Source of the DNA: a virus
Strand: one strand, 5' to 3'
DNA: 64,000 bases
Virus record (IMG/VR): IMGVR_UViG_3300031718_000001
Location: 64,001 to 128,000 of that record
In this document: in pieces, positions 59,301-64,000 of the stretch
Numbering within the stretch: the stretch's first letter is position 1
How the letters are laid out: every line of letters begins with the position of its first letter
The notes under the pieces: model-generated
What the model saw: only the letters and a program-made list of their open reading frames with translations
The model's database searches: none
What the model was told of the DNA's origin: nothing
Program-made: the position numbers and the translations under genes

Positions 59301-59872
59301 ACAACAACACGGCCAACAACGGGATCGCGCTGGGCACTGGCACCAGCGGGGCTGCGGGGGGCGCCCAGAACTGGACCGAGACTTTCACTCCTGCCGCCAC
59401 CTGGTCTTACGGCCCGGGTGGCTCCCTGGTCTCCAGCGATGATGTCCTGTACCAGGGCGACTACGGGGGGAACAGCGGCTACGCCTATCACTCGTGGATC
59501 GAGTGGGGAGTCGGGTCGCTCGGCGACAATCTCAACACCGTCCTCAACTACTCGGTCCAGTCGGTGACCCTCACCCTGACCAACATGTACAGCTACTACG
59601 CCGACGGTACGACCGTCTCGTTCCACAGTGGCACCACCCTGGGCAACCTGACGACCGTCTCGAACGAGTTGCAGAACTGGGCGATGGGCGAGGGGCAGAC
59701 CCTGGCGACCGAACTCATCGGGACGGCGTGGGCTCCCTTCAAGGCAGGCGGCCTGACGTATACCGTCCTGCACCCGCCCAGCAGCAGCCTCGCCCTCAAC
59801 TACGCGGGATACTGGGCCGGCCCCGACATACCCGCTCAGCAGCCCCTCCTCACGGTCAAGTACAACCACTGA
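56372..59872 (+). CDS. Baseplate spike / tail fibre protein
   Basis: ATG 56372; PAAGETWLL N-terminal motif; three P..GDLW..W(N)G..W repeats; ITA.QIA.G repeats; carbohydrate-binding-like segments. Confidence 0.65.
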   Translation: MAPPRATVNAATQSVGFTAKLVTVQSVSADGTQAVCVDRQNTQTTVSMLVERSKGPLPAAGETWLLDQALGMWTFAAFVATSSGQFAGGSSGSTAGGSKITVSSESPVNPQTDDIWVNGSSGNAIFWWSGNAWVATQFGTAALANGAVTAAKIASSTITSAQISPDAGITAGQVAFTVGEIGGSRVWTETSQPQDPGIGDLWINPANGNMVSTWNGQQWTAIQFGASAIQPESLTAAQISAEAGIGPGQVSFTASDIGGVTTSVSSAQPANPNLGDLWFNGAASYALYEWNGAAWVPYQFGTQAIAAGSVTAALIAANTITATQIASGTITSAQIAAGTITAQSLAVGGAVNFNPYFAGGSVTGWAGYQGAITAIQPSGSPYPWAAQLVPNGTGSLPAIQGSPAPFPVIPGQYYLVSAVVNTPATGVQLGFTWENSSQGFLSTSAASIAVPSSTWEVISAIQQAPAGAAFAYPLVALPGTPPPSTTLAVEAFLVLTPLNGGIIEAGTITAAQIAAGTIIAGIINGTTVTGATLQNSATFPRTSINPDGSLTITNSSGSVIFKIGPDGTMYWYNPSGTELQMELQPGGTTLIYQSATGPVEFDFEGTGTGSTDSFTPQNATLAASSAWSYTGQWSLLITSTGASTYGATSPAFAVVAGTTVTGRLTVYASILLNAVSIGVTFWSGTNGTGTNLGTVNGDLGTTSIAATANQVLTITGAAVPAGAQSATFFIEESYADPSGTQIWIDTVLFAGGLIYSSSPTAGTDSFGNTVEQGTNFRGLPGLTNVFGVEDPYGRQLMKVDASGNISGQLVSAATDVQIAGNSVSALLADAPQGIINAGWTPVGPWPSAAIGSTETAILELDQYLQAGRSYTLQVQPFDIQGSNGGNYRTYITVRATSNGTTPTTSSPALVSNTPLNFSGTTQGSCWMLHPGYTIVINPTATGLYRFLVTGNTSGGGGTFQLASSMVVTIEDNGIQTNNNTANNGIALGTGTSGAAGGAQNWTETFTPAATWSYGPGGSLVSSDDVLYQGDYGGNSGYAYHSWIEWGVGSLGDNLNTVLNYSVQSVTLTLTNMYSYYADGTTVSFHSGTTLGNLTTVSNELQNWAMGEGQTLATELIGTAWAPFKAGGLTYTVLHPPSSSLALNYAGYWAGPDIPAQQPLLTVKYNH

Positions 59873-59897
59873 CCGCCGGCCCGGAAGAAATGAGGAG

Positions 59898-60344
59898 GTG
59901 GGCGCCATCAGGGACCTACAGCTCGTCGGCGGCGACCTGTTCGCATCCGGCCGCGGATTCGCCACCGTCACCGGGGTGAACTACGTGCGCCAGCGCGTGG
60001 CCACGGCCCTGTCCGAGCCGTACGGCTCCGACCCGTACAACCCCGCCTGGGGCTCGGCCCTGTCCGGGTACCTGGGCGGCCCGCAGGTCGCCGGGACCTC
60101 CGCGCTGATCACCTCCGAGGTGTCCCGCGTGCTGGCCGGCCTGATCGCCGCGCAGCAGCTCATGATCACCTCCAGCGCCATGCAGGGTACCCGGAGCCAG
60201 CTCGCCGCGGCCGACACGATCGCCTCGGTGGACAGCGTGAATGCCTCGGCCGGGATCAGGCCCGACGCCATCGCCGTGGCGGTCTCCCTCACGACCCAGG
60301 GCGGCCAGCAGTTCCAGGTCGCGCGGATGGTGACCGGCTCATGA
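59898..60344 (+). CDS. Baseplate wedge/sheath initiator (gp25-like)
   Basis: ALSEPYGSDPYNPAWGSAL motif; precedes baseplate J. Confidence 0.7.
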   Translation: MGAIRDLQLVGGDLFASGRGFATVTGVNYVRQRVATALSEPYGSDPYNPAWGSALSGYLGGPQVAGTSALITSEVSRVLAGLIAAQQLMITSSAMQGTRSQLAAADTIASVDSVNASAGIRPDAIAVAVSLTTQGGQQFQVARMVTGS

Positions 60345-62188
60345 CCACGCCCGCCGTCGCGACCATGCAGAGTACCCAGGCCGGCTGGTCCTCCCAGATC
60401 TGCGCCGCGCTGGCCGTCAGCGACCCGGACCTCGACACCTCGGTCGGCTCGGTTACCCGGAAGATCGTCGATGCGGCGGCGGCCTCGCTCGCCGCGGCCA
60501 CGCTCGATACCCAGATGCTGAGCTACCAGTACGACATCAACTCGATGACGGGGGCCGCGCTCGACGCCTTTGTCCAGCAGTTCGGCATGACCCGCTATCC
60601 GGCGCTGCGGGCTACCGGCACGGTGACGTTCACCCGCGGCACGGCTACTGACGTAGTGACGGTACCGGTTGCCGCGCAGGTCGGGTCATCTGACGGCACC
60701 GTGGTGGTGCAGACGCTCACGGCAGGCATCCTGGAGCCCGCCGCGCTCTCGGTCACGGTGCCCGTCCAGGCGGTCGTATCCGGCCCGCAGGGAAACGTCG
60801 CGGCCGGGGCGCTCACCCAGATCATGACCGCGGTCAGCGAGGTCACCTCGTGCACCAACGTGAACGCCCTGACCGGCGGGGCCAACCAGGAGACCGATAC
60901 CCAGCTCATCGCCCGGTGGAAGGCGACCGTCTTCAAGAACATGGCCGGGACCAGCCAGATGTTCCTGGGCATCGCGCTGAACGACCAGGACTGCACCGCG
61001 GCCAACGTGATCGACGGCCAGACCAGGTTCCGCGAGCAGCTCCAGATCAGCAGCAACCAGGCCGTTTCCACCGTCTCTGACGCCCAGTACGTGTACCCGG
61101 CTGGCCAGGTGGTCGGCCAGGACATCGACAACGGCAACATCGCGGCGCCGGGCATCCAGTACACCTGGGACTACTCGGCTATCCCGCCGGTCGTGCAGGT
61201 CATCGACCAGTCCTACTTCCCTCCGGGGCAGCTCATCGACGTGAGCTTCCTGTACATCGACGAGTTCAGCCGCAACTCCCCGGCCGCGGGCATCTACAGC
61301 CGGGTGGACGTGTGGTGCGCCGGCCAGCGGCCGGAGAACGCGGCGGCCACGGTCAAGTACACCAACGCGACCACGTTCCAGGCCTCGTCCTCGTCGAGCT
61401 GGTACACCGGCAACTTCATCCGCCCCGACGGCACCCAGCCGGCCGCGGGCAACATCTTCGTGCCGCTGCCCTTCGGGCCGATCCTCACCGTCGATAGCGT
61501 CGTGGTGCTCAACGGCACCACGTACGGCCTGGCCAGCGAGGCCAACCCGCTGGGGACCTCCGCGAGCGGCGTCGATTACGCCTACCAGATCGTGCACCGT
61601 ACCGGGGCCTACGGATTCAGCCCCTACTCGGACTTCGGTCTGGAGTGGGCCGCCTCGATGCAGCCGGCCACCGGCACCCCGATCACGATCAGCGAGGACT
61701 ACACCTACAACGACGTGCCGAACGCCATCCAGTCCAACCTGGAGAACTGGCGGATGGCCGGCTTCGACGCGCAGGCCCACCAGGGCATCCAGGTGCAGCT
61801 CCAGTTCAGTCTGGCCGTCATCTACGACCCGTCGGTTACCCAGTCGGTCACGCAGGCGGCGATCAGCACCGCGATCCAGTCCTACCTCTCCCAGCTCGGC
61901 TTCAACAGCCGGATCTACCCGTCCAGCGTGCTCCAGGCGGTCGAGAACACTCCAGGTGTCACGGCCTGCCGGTTCCTCACCGCCCTGGACTACCCGGGCT
62001 GGAACCCGGAGGCGCCCGACGACTTCAATGTTGGCATCCAGGCGGTCTACGGCGGCGTCGTGATGACCAGCTACGTGGACTCCAGCGGCAATCCGACCGA
62101 TATCGAGTTCGGTGCAGCGCAGATGCCCGCCTTCGGCGGCACGGTGCTGGTCACGAAGGCGGGCAACACGATGGGCTCGTTCGCCTAG
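60341..62188 (+). CDS. Baseplate J-like protein
   Basis: GAALD..GMTR..ATGTVTF..GPQGNVAAG..TGGANQETD. Confidence 0.85.
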   Translation: MTTPAVATMQSTQAGWSSQICAALAVSDPDLDTSVGSVTRKIVDAAAASLAAATLDTQMLSYQYDINSMTGAALDAFVQQFGMTRYPALRATGTVTFTRGTATDVVTVPVAAQVGSSDGTVVVQTLTAGILEPAALSVTVPVQAVVSGPQGNVAAGALTQIMTAVSEVTSCTNVNALTGGANQETDTQLIARWKATVFKNMAGTSQMFLGIALNDQDCTAANVIDGQTRFREQLQISSNQAVSTVSDAQYVYPAGQVVGQDIDNGNIAAPGIQYTWDYSAIPPVVQVIDQSYFPPGQLIDVSFLYIDEFSRNSPAAGIYSRVDVWCAGQRPENAAATVKYTNATTFQASSSSSWYTGNFIRPDGTQPAAGNIFVPLPFGPILTVDSVVVLNGTTYGLASEANPLGTSASGVDYAYQIVHRTGAYGFSPYSDFGLEWAASMQPATGTPITISEDYTYNDVPNAIQSNLENWRMAGFDAQAHQGIQVQLQFSLAVIYDPSVTQSVTQAAISTAIQSYLSQLGFNSRIYPSSVLQAVENTPGVTACRFLTALDYPGWNPEAPDDFNVGIQAVYGGVVMTSYVDSSGNPTDIEFGAAQMPAFGGTVLVTKAGNTMGSFA

Positions 62189-62649
62189 TCGTTCTCCCAG
62201 ACGCCGGACAGGGCGGCGAAGGCCTCCTCCGGCGTGCCCTGGTGGGCTCCTGCGCCGTCGAACCACCAGCCCATCTCGGCGAACTGCTTCCGGGTGGCCA
62301 TGACGTGATCCCTGGCGGTCGAGCGATTCATTTCCGCCTGATCGGCTATGGCAGCCCAGCTCAGCCCGTACTGATCCCGGGCGGCCAGCAGGAGCATCTC
62401 CATCCGGTTGCGGCATATGCCCGCGACGAAAGCGAACTCGCCGAGCATCGAGCGGGCGTAAGCTGCATCCTCGGCCGGGAACTCCATCGGCCGCGGGTAG
62501 ATCCGCAGGAACGTCTCCAGCCGGTCGCGCATCAGCAGGCCGACGATGTGGCCGTCCGGATCCTCGCCCGCGTCGATGGTGATCACGATCTGGCTGGCCC
62601 GGCGCTCGCCGTTGCCCAGCATGTGCCCGAGCGTGTACTTCACGTCCAT
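62185..62649 (-). CDS. HTH-containing protein
   Basis: GAGGAGG RBS before ATG 62649; AARDQYGLSWAAIADQAEMNRSTARD. Confidence 0.65.
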   Translation of the reverse strand: MDVKYTLGHMLGNGERRASQIVITIDAGEDPDGHIVGLLMRDRLETFLRIYPRPMEFPAEDAAYARSMLGEFAFVAGICRNRMEMLLLAARDQYGLSWAAIADQAEMNRSTARDHVMATRKQFAEMGWWFDGAGAHQGTPEEAFAALSGVWEND

Positions 62650-62661
62650 GTTTCCTCCTCT

Positions 62662-62706
62662 GGTGTACGGTTTCCGTACACCTCCTACTGTACGGTTTCC
62701 GTATAG
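62662..62706. promoter_or_regulatory. Two palindromic operator-like sites
   Basis: TGTACGG-TTT-CCGTACA and TGTACGG-TTT-CCGTATA, 25 bp apart. Confidence 0.65.
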
Positions 62707-62750
62707 CAAAGGGAAGTCCGGGACGGCCCCGGAAGAAATGAGGAGGGAGC

Positions 62751-64000
62751 ATGCCGCAGGTACTCACCGACACGATGAACACGGGCGTGATCAGCAACGG
62801 CGGGACCGACCTGTTCTCGTACCCGAACGTCAGGCCCGCCAGCATCCTGGGACTCCAGACCCCATCGACTCAGCCGCTGCCGCCGGGAACTGACACTGCT
62901 ACTAACCTGCTCAATCCTGACTACCAGGTGGCCGCCCAGCTCAGGAACTTCCCGGGCAACGTCTACAACCTCAATCCCACCAGCCTGCTAGTCCACTTCA
63001 TGACCGCGCTGCTGGGCAACTCCGGCATAGGGCAGCTCCGCAAGCGGCAGATGGTCTCCCGGCTCCAGCAGGCCGTCAGCTCGACCCAGTTCTACGACCT
63101 GGACTCGTTCTACGGCGCCCTGTTCGGCGCGCAGCGCGGCCCTTCCGGCGCCCTGCCGGTCAATCCGAGCACCGGCCTCCCGGTGAGCCCCTACACCGAC
63201 CTGGCGAGCCCGGACGCCTGGGACGAGATACAGGCGATCGACGCCACCTTCCGCGAGCGCATCATCCAGCTCGCCCGCGCGATCACCCTGGGCGCGACCG
63301 TGCCGGGGATGCAGGCCCTGGCCGAGGCGATCACGGGAGTCGAGTGCTCGGTCTACGAGGTCTGGCGCCTGCTCGACCAGGCCGAAGGCCCGGCGCCGGG
63401 GTACCAGACCTGGGAGCAGGTCATGGCCGCTAACCCGTACTGGTCCTCGTTCCCGGCGTCGGAGACGTGGCAGGCCGTCGAGGGGGTGGTGAGCTTCGCC
63501 GGCCTGATGGGCAACGGCACGCCGCAGGAGATCGTGCTCCAGCCGAAGAAGAACTATCCCTCGACACTAGCCGGACAGCAGGAGCAGGGCGCCGACATGT
63601 TCGGCATCCTGTCCGTTGTCGAGGTGCTCCGCCCCGCTGCCTCGCTGATCACGGTAGACACCACGGCACCGCAGATTGCCGTGCCCGCCCAGGTCGCGTC
63701 TGCCTGGGCCGACAGCCAGTACTGGGAGATCGTCCAGCTCGTCACGCCCGCTAACGCCGCGAGCCCGGCCTACCAGGCCATCGCGGGCTCCTACCAGGGC
63801 AGCAACGCCAGCGAGCTGCCGCCAGGCACCTACGTCGCGCCGAGCCCGCCGATGAGCCGCTCGTCCGGCAGCCAGTACAGCTACGCGGGCGACGTGACCA
63901 CGGTCACGGCCGCGGCCACCTCCGGCGGCGACCCGAACAGCGCTGTGGTCAGCGACGGCCAGGACTTCGAGACCGTGGTGTTCCCGGGCGCGAGCACCGT
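62751..64000 (+). CDS. Baseplate wedge/tail protein, truncated by window end
   Basis: ATG 62751 with late motif and RBS; FYDLDSFYGALFG; follows baseplate J; no stop seen. Confidence 0.65.
   Translation, partial: MPQVLTDTMNTGVISNGGTDLFSYPNVRPASILGLQTPSTQPLPPGTDTATNLLNPDYQVAAQLRNFPGNVYNLNPTSLLVHFMTALLGNSGIGQLRKRQMVSRLQQAVSSTQFYDLDSFYGALFGAQRGPSGALPVNPSTGLPVSPYTDLASPDAWDEIQAIDATFRERIIQLARAITLGATVPGMQALAEAITGVECSVYEVWRLLDQAEGPAPGYQTWEQVMAANPYWSSFPASETWQAVEGVVSFAGLMGNGTPQEIVLQPKKNYPSTLAGQQEQGADMFGILSVVEVLRPAASLITVDTTAPQIAVPAQVASAWADSQYWEIVQLVTPANAASPAYQAIAGSYQGSNASELPPGTYVAPSPPMSRSSGSQYSYAGDVTTVTAAATSGGDPNSAVVSDGQDFETVVFPGAST

Overview
High-GC segment of a large myovirus of Actinobacteria. The major capsid protein (15723-16751) resembles, from memory, that of Bxz1-like/cluster C mycobacteriophages; no search was run. 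Left to right: virion/fibre genes; a 1554-aa multidomain protein; a prohead-protease polyprotein, capsid decoration and MCP; small accessory genes; a probable replication origin (~21.56-22.2 kb); RyR-domain and BldC genes; a ~9.6 kb array of 38 tRNA genes covering all 20 amino acids with structured spacers; then neck, sheath, tube, Lsr2, frameshifted tail chaperone, tape measure and baseplate genes running off the right end. Portal and terminase are not in the window. Most notable: (1) a translationally coupled flavohaemoglobin-like reductase plus nitric oxide synthase gene pair inside the tRNA array; (2) three HNH endonuclease insertions that each carry a duplicate of the site they interrupt, one lying entirely antisense inside the still-open protease ORF; (3) a 13-copy CCC(C)RGAAG motif before structural genes, sometimes in the loop of an RBS-hiding hairpin, and a 6-copy TAGCA(A/G)GAAA motif in sigA-like promoters; (4) frequent C33 and C55 substitutions at near-invariant tRNA positions. 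All calls come from manual reading and motif recall.
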